A DNA stretch of 64,000 bases, taken from positions 121,784 to 185,783 of the forward strand of contig RHPI01002272.1 in NCBI GenBank assembly GCA_009103225.1. Reading direction: 5' to 3'. The stretch's first letter is position 1; every line of letters starts with the position of its first letter. The notes beneath the pieces are model-generated. The model did no database searches. It was not told where the DNA came from and saw nothing but the letters and a program-made list of their open reading frames with translations. Source of the stretch: Chlorokybus atmophyticus (Eukaryota; Plantae; Mesostigma and Chlorokybus algae). Both the position numbers and the translations under genes were made by a program. Positions 48,452 through 59,746 of the stretch are shown in pieces.

Positions 48452-48830
48452 GCCTCGGTATACTCTGACAGCTCACTATCGGATGCAGCGAGTGCCAGGA
48501 AGAGGTTGTAAATCTCCTCCCTCACGTTTTCGGGGAGATTGGGCACCCTCCGGATGCGATAGCGCATGCGATGGAACTTGTACTTGTAGCGGGCGGCACG
48601 TACATTCTCCGCTATAACATCCTCCAGTTCTACACCAAGCCTGTCTATCTCTTGACGCTGTGCAGACACCTGCGTTGCTAGAGTTTGGTCACAATGCATG
48701 CTACCAACAGATATCAGCAGCTTACAGATAGTGCAAGTCATACCTTCCTGCGCAAGTCGGCAACGGTTTGCCGCAGCTCTCTCACGTCGTAGCGCAGCCA
48801 AGCCGATATGCACAAGCATGCCTGCCAACA
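48400..48830 (-). CDS. Small hypothetical protein (coiled-coil, basic then acidic) inside CACTA-B
   Basis: Open frame ...CTICKLLIS..QVSAQRQEIDRLGVELEDVIAENVRAARYKYKFHRMRYRIRR...DSDGHGYSN; start and exon structure unclear. Confidence 0.35.
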
Positions 48831-48834
48831 GAGA

Positions 48835-49143
48835 CATACACAAACCAGAGCAAGCCTGCACAACAAGAAGGTTTACACATAGTGAGGTGGAATACCAGAT
48901 CAAAGGGCGTGGCGGCGAGGGAAGAAGGCGATGGCGCATGCCAACAGAGACTGGGCAAGAAGAGGCTGGCCGTGCGTTGACTAACTTGGTCAACACACAA
49001 ACACATATGCACACACACATGCACAGACAATGAAGCATCTCAACTTTGTGCATACACAAACCAGAGCAAGCCTGCACAACAAGAAGGTTTACACACAGTG
49101 AGGTGGAATACCAGATCAAAGGGCGTGGCGGCGAGGGAAGAAG
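48835..49143 (+). repeat. 93-bp direct repeat pair
   Basis: catacacaaaccagagc...gagggaagaag at 48835-48927 and 49051-49143. Confidence 0.9.
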
Positions 49144-49868
49144 CACTGTGGGAAGAGAGACGGCGGCGGCGCCTTCGGAAACAAGACTACAACTGCAACA
49201 ACCTTGACGCCCACATGCACACAACCGGCGTGGACGAGGGTTTCATAATGTGGCACCCTGTCAAGTCTCAGCCCATTGCTGAAAGCCTAGTGCGTCAGCA
49301 GAGGACTGAAAATTGACAGTCGCAAAGTCACCCCCGACGCTGCCGCCCACGCCGCTGATACTGCCGCCGCCCACGCCGCCCGCAACTCCAAACCCTAATT
49401 CGTACCTGATCGGTCCTGTTGAGCGATATTCTAGTACCTGACACCCGCCTCTCAAATTGAGAGGCATGTGAGGGGTGTAACAGCTGGCCAAACGGCTGTT
49501 TGCTCAACTCAGTGCAAAAGTTTCACTGTGCTGCTATCGGTTTCATGCTCAATTCCTCATGACCATAAAGGCTTTATGGTAAAGCACAGCTTTCTTGTAG
49601 ACATGCCGGCAAGGTTTGTGCATGCACTGGCATTTGCTTGCTAGCTTGCTGTTCAGCTGGACTAAGTCATGGTAGCAGCTGGCATGGAGCTGAACGACGT
49701 GCTTCGGCAAGGTAAAGTACGGTTTGCTTGATGTGTGAAGCACATGCACATGGCCAAGCAGCTGCAGTCAATTGAGGCAGTTAACTGAGGTTTCTGGTTG
49801 AACAGTGTTGTGGCTGTGCACAGCTTGACAAGCAGTTTGACCTACTAGTTTGAGGTGGTGCAGTGGTC

Positions 49869-52313
49869 ATGTCAGGCACGACGTCTGGTGGGCGGTCTAG
49901 CGACCTGAGTGGAGGCTGGGACAACTTGGACGATGAGATCTGGGGCAAAAGTGCTGCTGCACCATCAGATGAGCAGCTCCAGCGTGAGTGGGAAAAATCT
50001 GAGGAGACGGCTCACCTCCGTGACCTTGAGACCACAGCAATGATGCCCTTGAAAGTGAGCTTACAATGATGTGCAAGCAACCACTCTCGATATGAGCATG
50101 TGCTGCCGGAGTCTGTCTCGATTTCTGCCGGAGTTTGTCTCGATTTCTGAGGTTTGCACAAGAAACTCACACTGTTGATATTGTTGTAACAGCGCTCTAG
50201 TATGCAATATTTGCACTGTGCAGGCACTAAAGGTCCTTCATTGGCGGGGTCAGCATCATACCAGTGATCGCCGCGATATCACAAAGCTGGCGGACAAGGG
50301 CCGGATTTGCTATGAGTACTGTCGTTTGCTACCGGGGAAGACCCAGACGAAGCAGGACCCACTTAAGTTTGCTCTTGCAGTTACATGCAAGCATCTGCTT
50401 CACCCAGAGTTCCGTCCTGAAAAGGTTGGCAAGGTTGTGAGAGTGTCACCAGCTGTCATGCAACATTGTTCAAGCTTGAAGGATTTTGCATTCAGTGGCA
50501 GTCACCACTCTGGGCCTGGTGCAGGCAAAAACGATAATTTAGGACTTTCTTACCAACAAAAAGGCATATACCAACGCCAAGCACAAAGAAGGGCAGAGAG
50601 GGAAGAGTAGGGAACAATACAAGGAGATGATAGAGCGCGCTGAAGCAGGGGGGTTTGAGCGAAAGCGCAAGGGAGCGCCCAGGGACAAGAGCAACAAGGT
50701 GTGTGCCATGCAGTGACTGAGTTGTCTGTGCAATGTTTGCATGTCTTAAGTGCCTTTGCCATGTGCATAATTGCAGGTCAAAGACAAGTTAAAGGCAAGA
50801 GACAGCTCCTCGCTGCACCACTCTGCCAGCGACGCCGAGAATGCCACCTCACAGGGTGAGCTTCGGTTTGGTAAATGACTATGTTGAGAACGAAATGCTT
50901 TGTGTTTGATGGTGCCTTATGTATGCAGGGTGTGTGGTGTGTATGATAGTCCCTTGTGCATGCACGGCGCCCACGCGTTCACCTCCCGCCAGCAACGCCA
51001 GCGACGACCCAAATGTCACCTCGCAGCGTGAACCATGTTTTGCGCGCGCGGGCCGCTGCGGGAGGTACTGTGTATACACTGTTCTGATCGGTGCCTTGTG
51101 CGTGCGATAGGTAACAAGGAAGGCACTGCGCCACAACCCACAAGGTCACCCGCTACTGGTTCACAGGTTAGATGTCTGTCATCATTACACGAGCAGCCAA
51201 ATGCTTGTACTCTCCTGTACATGTCATCATGACCGTTCATGACTGCTGTGTTCAGGCACCTGCCAAACAAGATGCTGATGTGCGTGATACCAGCTCAGCT
51301 CTCAAGGTATGCAACAACGACTGGAGCAAGTATCTAACAAGCATATCTGTTTTTGCAACAGAAACCGCACCACATGTAGACACAACACGCCGCGAATGTC
51401 ATGGAGCTCATGAAAGAAAAGGAAGGCAGAGGGCAAGGGAAGCGCAAAGTGTCTGGTGATGTACGCACCACTCTGCTTCACAACAAATGGCACAGCATTA
51501 CGTTGTGGCTCACAATCTGATGTGCATGCTGTTGGCAGGAGACTGAGGTGTCAAGCCCCCAAAAGAAAGCAAAGACTGTTCGCTCAATCCCGGCTCCCTA
51601 CAAGACTAAGGAGGCAGGCCCCTCGACTGGCAAGCAGGAGAAGATGTTGGATAAAAAGAGCGGCAAGCAAAAGGAGGTATGAAGGACCATCTATGTGCGC
51701 TTATAGGCTTCTTGGGTCCTTCTGGTTGCAGAAAAACTGTCACTGCAGCAGACTCGCATGCATGCCTATCAATTGTAAGCTTGATAACACGGCGTGCCAC
51801 CTGGTTGCACAGGATGAGCCATCGTATTCAGAAGTATCCGAAATAGACAAAAGCGAGGACAACGATGAAGATGGCGCCAAGGACGATGCGAACAGCCCCA
51901 ACGACAGCGACAACGACTCCCAAAAGGCAGTTTTTTTTTCAAGCGCTATATAGGAGAGTGCATCTGTGTATGTGTCTGCCAGTTGATGTGTTTGTCACTT
52001 GCATGCGCAGGAAGACCTGAGCGACAAGCATGACACTGCACCGACGATGAAGGTTGGTGATGAAGTCAAGTTGTTCATCAATGGGCGTAAGGAGCCAGTA
52101 GGGGAGGCGCACGTAAGCGACATCAAGCCTGTCAACAAGTTTTATCGCAAGAAGATTGGAGAGGGTGACATGGTGGTCCAGTTCACCCGCAGTCTTCACA
52201 TCACTAGGACCAGACGTCCTGGTGCAGGGGAAGAAGAGGTTGTGCCTTTGCCAATCAGCTTCAAGCGTGATGGGGTTGGAGTGCAAGTGACCCACTTGAG
52301 AGGTGAGCGATAA
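49869..52313 (+). CDS. Multi-exon TnpA-like gene with C-terminal Tnp1/En/Spm (Transposase_23)-like domain; integrity uncertain
   Basis: ATG at 49869 and several GT-AG-bounded exons. Last exon KVGDEVKLFINGRKEPVGEAHVSDIKP..IGEGDMVVQF...PLP resembles the TnpA C-terminal domain. A TAG near 50536 suggests decay. Confidence 0.5.
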
Positions 52314-52839
52314 TTGCGTGCTGACTGTGCGTGCGTTATGACAACACACTGCGTCTGACGTATTCATGTGTGGTTGATGCATGTGAAGAGTGCGAGGCGG
52401 GGTTGTTGCTACTTTGGCCTACTAGGTTGATAAAGACCATCAAGGTGAGGGAGCAAAGGAAGGCACATCCACACCGCGGGGGAGAGGCCGTGGGAAGGGG
52501 AGTCGGGGTGGTCGGGGTGGTCGGGGTGGTCGGGGGCGAAGCAGCAGGAAGTAGATATTGCCGCAGGAGGTTTCCACCTGCAAGTGCAGCTCTGGGTAGC
52601 AGACATGCATTGTAGACAGCATTGAATGTGTTGTTGTAAGTTGGCTGCCATTCAGCTGACATTGCTGGGCTGGCTGGACGGACTGCTGTGAATATTATTA
52701 GTAGCACTGCATATATCGGTCTTGTTCTACTTCATATCACTTGAACATTCATAGTAACATTGACGGTCGTAAAACAGCAGCTTACCATTGTTCGACTTCA
52801 TTGCCATTGAATAACTACTCACATGTAGGACTTAGTGTG

Positions 52840-53400
52840 CAGGCTAGATCACTATGAGTATTCAAACAATACATGCGTGCATATTCAGTGGTGTAGTACG
52901 GTTGCAGCACCACACCATACAGGGTGAATTTTTAACTCTACTGCAAGTGAAAGTTTTGGGTGACTGTAAGTGTTCAAACAATCCCTGCGTGCATATTCAA
53001 GTCTGTTGCAGCTGCCATATGGAATACTACAGGTATTCAAACGAACCCTGCCTGTGAATGTTCGACGCTTTTGCAAGAGTCTGTCTTGCCTAACTACAAG
53101 AATTCAAACGATTCCTGCTTGGATATTCAGTGGTGTAATACATGTGATGGTCACAGCACTACACCATACAGGTTGAATGTACAGCTCCACTGTAAGTGAA
53201 TAAATGCCCCACATATAGGACTAGTGTGCAATTTAATTGCCACAGGGATATTCACCGACAATTACATTGAACAGGCTTTAACACCTTTCAGACCAAACGG
53301 TCTGAATATTCACCTCGACATGCAGGAGCCAGGGACGCCGTCTAGGCTATTCACCCCTGTTTTTGTTGACTATTCAGACCAAACAGTATGAAAATTCACA
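52840..53400. repeat. Right subterminal repeats of CACTA-B (TATTCA core)
   Basis: At least 8 TATTCA/TGAATA occurrences, several within the longer unit tattcaaac...ctgc.tg..atattca. The same core recurs at the left end (35610-35980). Confidence 0.7.
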
Positions 53401-53702
53401 AATCGGGGGGGCTCAGAATTACCGGTGGACAAGGAGTCGCCAACATTGTGGCATCGGAGGTTCGGGCATCTCAGCTACGTCAACCTCACTCGCCCTATCG
53501 CTGAGAAGATGGTCAAGGGCATCCATCTCAGCACTGAAGAACTCAAGAATGCATCAGGTGCACTTTGTGAACCACCTGCCTGATTGCAAAGCAGCATGCT
53601 CTGCCATTCCCATCATCCTCTTCTAGCAGTCAGCATCCTTGCGAGCTTGTGCACATGGATGTCTGTGGCCCTATGCGCATTGTGGCAAAGGGAGAGGCCA
53701 GG

Positions 53703-54082
53703 TGTTGAAGGTATTCCTACATCCGGTCAGCTTGCCCTCTGCAAAGGAATACACAAGAGGACCTCGATGACTCCGGACTGAGTTCGAGCAGACTGCAAAG
53801 CAAGGCCTTACAAGAACCGTTGGATTTTGATGGATACGAAGCCGAATGACACGTGGAGTAGCTTGTTGAATAGATGTTGAAGTTAGCTACGTGGTGCAAC
53901 TTACAGCACAGGATTAGGTTGAGTAGATCGTACGGTGTGGCTTGTAGACCAGCAGTGTGTGTATCTGGTGCAGAATTTGGCGGGTAGAAGACCCGCGGAC
54001 TTGTTGCCTTAATATAAGCTGTAGTGTTGTGATGTAGCATGTCACCCATGTGCATGTGCTTGTCAACGTGTGTATGTCAACA
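53703..54082 (+). mobile_element. Solo LTR of a second family, inserted in the Copia-2 integrase
   Basis: TGTTGA...TCAACA, 380 bp, TSD CCAGG at 53698-53702 and 54083-54087. Only the first ~25 nt resemble the Copia-1/2/3 LTR. Confidence 0.9.
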
Positions 54083-54086
54083 CCAG

Positions 54087-54234
54087 GTACTTTGCTACAT
54101 TCCTCGACGACTATAGCAAGCTGTCCATCATCGTTCCATTGACGCTCAAGTCAGAAGTTGGTACTTTGCTACATTCCTCGACGACTATAGCAAGCTATCC
54201 ATCATCTTTCCATTGACGCTCAAGTCAGAAGTTG
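54087..54234 (+). repeat. 74-bp tandem duplication in Copia-2 integrase next to the solo LTR
   Basis: gtactttgctacattcc...tcagaagttg at 54087 and 54161. Confidence 0.92.
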
Positions 54235-57200
54235 CTGGAGCTGTGCGCACAGTTGTGGCCTTGTTGGAGACGCAGTCTAGCAACAAGATGAAGGCAATGA
54301 GGAGTGACCGAGGTGGGGAGTACATCAACAAGGAGTTGAAGGAGTTCTTCGCCAGCAAGGGCATACGCCACGAGACAACGGCACCCTACACCCCGCAGCA
54401 AAATGGAGCAGTTGAACACCTCAATAGGACACTCTTGGAGCGTGTTGGAGCCATGCTCAACGACACAGAGATGGAAGACAGTATGTGGAAGGAGGCGGTA
54501 CTCACTGCCAACTACATCCGCAACAGGTCACCGGTGAGCTTAGAGCGGAAGACTCCGTGGGAGCACTTCTATAGAGCCACACCAGATGTGAGTGGTATGC
54601 GTGTGTTTGGATGCACGGCATATGCACTAGTGCCTAAACAGCTCAGGCATAAGCTGGAGCCGGTCAGCAAGAAGGGCATCTTCGTTGGCTATGAACCGGG
54701 TTCCAAGGCTTACAGGATCTTGCTCGAGGACACTCAGAAGATCATTGTGAGCAGAGAGGTGGTTTTCCATGAGGGATTATCACAACCAGAAGCAGGCTTC
54801 TTTCCTCGAGATGAAGATGAAGCACATCCGGAGGAACTTCCTACGACAGGGGGAGTTGCAGGCAAGGCCATCTTCGACGATAAGGGTGAGCAGAACTCTA
54901 CTGTAGCAGACAAGCAGTCGCACCTGTAGCAGGAGCACACAGCTCGGAGATACCCAATGAGGGGGAGAAAGGCACCTGACTTCTTACACAAGGCACACGT
55001 CGCCAGTGTGCACAATGAGGAGCCAAGCACCTACGAGGAGGCATTGTTAGCACCAGATGCGGAGCAATGGCAGCGTGCTAATGGACGAGGACATGGCGTC
55101 ACTCCATGCCAACAACACTTGGTCACTGGAGCAGTTACCGCAAGGAGTGAAGACCATTCTAGTGAAATGGGTCTTCAAGGTGAAGCGTGATGGTCAGGGC
55201 AACATTAAGCGCTACAAGGCAAGACTGGTGGCAAAGGGCTTCTTGCAGCAGGAAGGTGTGGACTTCAACGAAGTGTTTGCACCTGCAAGTAAGCATACCA
55301 CCTTCCGTGCACTGCTAGCTATGGTTGCTGCTGAAGACCTAGATCTGCATCACCTGGATGTGAAGACTGCCTTCCTCTACGGAGAGCTGGAGGAGGAGAT
55401 CCTCATCGAGCAACCACCTGGACATGAAGAAGGGGAGAGAGGCACAGCGTGCAAGCTGATCAAGGCACTGTACGGGCTGCGACAGGCACCGCGTATGTGG
55501 CACATCAAGCTCACCAAGGAGCTGGAGGCACTTGGCTTCATCGCATCCTCTGCAGACCCTGGGCTCTTCATCCATGCAGACAACAAGATCTGGCTGCTCG
55601 TGTATGTTGATAATATCATCATCACCGCCAGGCAGGTGCACCACCTGCAGGAGACAAAACTTGCTCTACAGCAAGCATTCTCAGTCCGTGATCTTGGAGA
55701 GGCCAAGTGGTTCCTTGGCATGGTGATTGAGCGCGACAGGGCTGCTCGCACAATCAAGATCAGTCAGGAGCAGATGGTGAGAAGGCTCGTCACCAAGTTT
55801 GGGCTCATTGAAGCGAAGACCAAGACCACACCATTGGCACTTGGCACTGCCCTCATCAAGGCCAAGGATGAGGAGGTACTCGACAAGGCTCAGTATCCAT
55901 ATGGCGAGCTGGTAGGCAGCATGCTCTATCTGGCAGTGTGCACACGTTTCGATGTTGCACATGCTGTGGGAGTACTTGCTCGCTACATGTCTGCACCGAG
56001 CATGGAGCACTGGAGAGCAGCAAAGGGAGTACTACGCTATGTTGCTGGGAGCGCAACGGTTGGCATCAAGTTTGAGAGCGGGAGCACTGAGTTGGAGGGC
56101 TACTGCGACTCGGACTTTGCTGGTGACCCCAACAGCAGGAGGTCCACTACAGACTACGTCTTCAAGCTGAACGGAGGCGTGGTGAGCTGGAACAGCAGGC
56201 TGCAGCCAACAACAGCAGCATCTACATCAGAGGCTGAGTAAATGGCAGCGGCAGCAGCAGTGAAGGAGGAACTCTGGCTTCACAAGCTCATGGCAGACTC
56301 GGAGCACCCTATGGCGTGCATCGTCATCAACTGTGGCAACCAAGGAGCCATCAAGTTGTTGAAGCACCCTATCGCCTCGGCAAGGACGAAGCACATTGAT
56401 GTCATGCATCACTTTGTGCGTGACAGAGTCACAAGGAAGGAGGTGGAGTTCCAGTATTGCAACACCGAGGATATGCTGGCGGACTTCATGACAAAGCCAT
56501 TGTCATCGCTCAAATTCAAGACTTGTTGCGCAGGACTTGGCATTTGTGTTTGACTACAGGAGCAAGCGTTGGAGGTCAAGCTGCTCGCGTGGGAGTGTTG
56601 AGAGTCATTCCTACATACGATCAGCATCAACCCTCCACACAGGAGTAGAATGTCGTAAGGACGAGCACTAGGTCCGGACTTAGCAAGATGGCGTCGTCGG
56701 ACCAGACTCCGGACTCCAGACAGGAGCCTTACTACCTGCTTTGTATCTCCGCGTATACTTACTCGTATTAGGCGTGTAAGAGCTTGTTGGAAAGCTCTGG
56801 TTGTAAGGAAGACAACACAGCTTAGAGCGCGTCAAAAGGCTGAGTATAGCTTACGCAGTGCTTGCAAACGTAGACGTGTGTGTAACTAGCTGGTATAAGA
56901 ACCAGCGGACAACTTGTAATAGATGAATGTGATGTGACTTGTGTATGCTCTGTTGGCGGTAGCTCTGTCTCTGTGTGTCTATGCTTGCCTCAACTACATG
57001 TGCATGCTAGTCCTTCAACACTGCTTGCGTAGATGCAACTTTCTGGCATTGTTCTTGGCTCTGAAAACGGCTGATAGCTTTTCCCAAGCTTGTCTACCAT
57101 CTTCACATGCAGTGAGCATGGGAAAGTGATGCGGTTTGCAGTTTAACACAAGCAAAGAGTGTGCTTCCGCTGAATGCTCTGACCACACAGTGTTCGTTCC

Positions 57201-58029
57201 TGGTGTTGGTGGTGGTGCCTTCGGATCAACGTACTAGTACTTCCACACCTTCTTGTGGATGAGCAAGGCCTTCATCTCCACGCACCATGTGTTGTAGTTG
57301 TCGGTGTCCAGCTTTGCAATTTGCCCCTTGTCGTAGGTCACCTCCATCTCTGTGGTGCCTGCCTTCACGTGCAGTTGACACCCAAGGCTCTGCTACCAAC
57401 AAGCTTTTGTAGCGTAGAACCACTTATGCACAAGCTAGTCTCACACTCCTCAAGCGTAGTGTGGGCCCATAACCTGTTGAAGGACTAGCATGCACATGTA
57501 GCTGAGGCAAGCATAGATACACAGAGACAGAGCTACCGCCAGAGCATACACAAGTCACATCACATTCATCTATTACAAGTTGTCCGCTGGTTCTTATACC
57601 AGCCATTACACACACGTCTACGTTTGCAAGCACTGCGTAAGCTATACTCAGCCTTTTGACGCGCCCTAAGCTGTGCTGTCTTTCTTACAACCAGAGCTTT
57701 CCAACAAGCTCTTACACGCCTAATATGAGTAAGTATACGCGGAGATACGAAGCAGTTAGTAAGGCTCCAGTCTGGAGTCCGGAGTCTGATCCGACGACGC
57801 CATCTTGCTAAGTCCGGACCTAGTGCTCGTCCTTACGACCTTCTACTCCTGTGCGGAGAGTCGATGCTGATCGTATGTAGGAATGACTCTCAACACATAC
57901 ATCAAGCTCTGTGACAGTCGTCAACGCAAATCATTGAGGACTGTCAACAATTTGTGCCTATGCGGGCGCAAACTGTATGCAAGCCGGCAAACTGTATGCT
58001 GCAAGCCTTGTTGACAGCCCATGTGTGTA

Positions 58030-58870
58030 TAAACTGTACTTTTGCTGCAGATGCCAGGTTTTGCACGGCTTGCAATGCAGCGTGCAGGTCGGCGGCGTGC
58101 ACGCTATCGGCTTCTCGCATCTTCACAAGCGCCTTAGGCTCAGCGCCGGGAGTCAGGTCCCGGGTGACATTTTGCAGAGGTAGAGGCGGCCGGCCCTGTG
58201 GCGTACTTGGTGTTGGCGTATTCGCTGGTGGTGTCGGACCTGCGACAACTTTTCGCAGACGTTCTCCAAACGAAGAGCCTGATAGCTGCAAGGTTGATAG
58301 CTGCAAGGTTCCGGTAGGGGTGGACTGACCAGTTGATGACGTGGTTGATTGTGGAGTTCCTTCTGTGGCTGCTGGCAGAACCTGGCGCTGCTTTTTGGAC
58401 GGTGGTGGAGTAAGAGGAGGGGGACTTTCTGTTCTCCTGGCAGGTAGCTTGGGACTGTCAACACATGGAGGGTCTGGGGCTGGCGTACTGGTGCCAGCTT
58501 GCGTACTGGTGCCAGCTGGCGTACTGGTACCAGGGGGAGGTGCCGGTGGGCCATGGGGATTGTGAGGGGGAGGGGACGGTGGGCCATGAGAGTTGTGAGG
58601 GGGACTGTGAGGGGGACTGTCCTTTGGCCTGTTAGACCGCATGGGCCTTGGACCAGTGGTGGGTGGACGCATGTTGGCACGCTCGAGCCAAGTCCACAGG
58701 GGATGCGAATCAATCTCTATATCACTCATGGGGTTAGCAGGTTCAGGCCTAGCAGGCACCGCCTGAGCCGAAGTGGAAGGCTCGGTCATGGCTTCTAATG
58801 CACGTGCTGCATTGTTGGGTCGAGGGGAGTCGAGGGTCACGCTGTCTCGGACAGCTGCATGGACAGCCAT
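58030..58870 (-). CDS. Pro/Ser/Thr-rich low-complexity exon, probably transposon-derived and cut by Copia-1
   Basis: Open frame from ATG 58870 with PPHSPPH and GTSTPA repeats. Donor AAA|gtacag near 58030. The downstream intron has GACTGTC motifs like CACTA-A. Confidence 0.35.
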
Positions 58871-59048
58871 GCTGTGCTGGACATGCTGCTACGCCACCTG
58901 TGTAAAGCGTAGCAAAAACAGAAAGATGACCTCAACCCTCATGGTGACAGGTGCTTCGTGCAGCTGGTGTGCTGCTGCTGGGTAGTACGGGCAGATGGAG
59001 TCGGTGTTCTCCCTAAGAACATGCTGTGCTGTAGCATACAAAGTCAAC

Positions 59049-59746
59049 AAGCCACCCCCCCTGGGCTCTGGGGAAGGTCCCAGCTCCAGAGCTCAGCTGC
59101 TAATGCAAGTGAGGAGGGCCGTTGGTACGGCAATCGTCGCACCAATACTCCTCCATAGGTATCGCGTCCAAAGGTGGCTCCAGGCAGTAGCAATGCAGGC
59201 CTTTGTTGCAGCCATTGCAGAGCATCATGAGTGCGTCGTCGCCGGCGCTGCCGCAGCGTTCACAGCGTGTGCTGCGCGCGGGACGAGGGTGTTGGATACG
59301 CCCGAAGCCGGCTACGTAAGGAAGGTGACATGGCGCACAGTTTACCATGTTGTCCTTCAACCTCTCTCCGTTTTGACCAAGGAGGTCCAGCACCCCTGTG
59401 GGGTACACTTTGAGTACCTTGTAGACGGTGCGGCCTACGGAGGTGTCAAGCATGTCTTTGGTGGCTGCCATGCGATAGGCAAAGTCCCCCGCTTGAAACC
59501 GCCGTTGGCGCTCTGTGTAGAAGCCGCTGCATACGCGCTCGTAGCGCAGCGTGTCGCGATGCTGCGCGATGCGCAGGTTGTTGAAGGCCATGGGGACGGT
59601 GCGCTCGAAAAGCGCGGCGCGTGTGGTGATGTCGTGGTGCATCCAATCAGGGTCGTCGAGGTTGTTCACGACGCGATCCACCTCCTGCTGCGCACGGAAG
59701 GGGAGCAATGGTGGTCGCCCGAACAGCACGTAGTACGGGCTATACT
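59049..59746 (-). mobile_element. 3' end of a Gypsy element: integrase tail with PHD finger, interrupted by Copia-3
   Basis: LFGRPP..AQHRDTLRY..RRFQAGDFAY..NCAPCHLP, then PHD CERC...MMLCNGCNKGLHCYCLEPPL...WCDDC. A G7 tract follows, then TGTTGA at 59049 (possible LTR start). Confidence 0.8.

Larger units (their letters stand above)
35581..53427. mobile_element. CACTA-B: 17,847-bp CACTA-superfamily DNA transposon with CACCG termini and cargo genes
   Basis: TIR CACCGGTAATTttgggacccccc vs reverse complement CACCGGTAATTctgagccccccc (23 bp, 3 mismatches). 3-bp TSD GAC at 35578-35580 and 53428-53430. The Copia-2 ORF ...VVKD|KESPTLWHRRFGH resumes exactly after the right end. Confidence 0.97.
33788..57020 (+). 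mobile_element. Copia-2 (same family as Copia-1 and Copia-3), inserted in opposite orientation into Copia-1; defective
   Basis: LTRs 33788-34212 and 56596-57020. TSD CTGCT. PBS GGTTATGGGCCC at 34213. gag-pol starts at ATG 34342 and is cut at 35580. Remainder 53428-56553 has indels, RT YVDN and an in-frame TAA at 56239-56241. Confidence 0.95.
23677..57895 (-). mobile_element. Copia-1 LTR retrotransposon, defective; hosts the Gypsy and Copia-2 insertions
   Basis: LTRs 23677-24100 and 57475-57895 (TG..CA). PBS GGTTATGGGCCC. Internal pieces 24101-27265, 33318-33787 and 57026-57474 are collinear with intact Copia-3. Frameshift near 24830 and TAA near 24473. Flanks GAACA and CATAC do not match. 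Confidence 0.92.

Noticed and set aside
35581-53427. Endogenous giant virus or bacterial contamination as the source of the methyltransferase/OTU/Ulp1 cluster
   Set aside because: No viral core genes are seen. Neighbouring genes have spliceosomal introns, and the block is bounded by TIRs and a 3-bp TSD within a Copia ORF.
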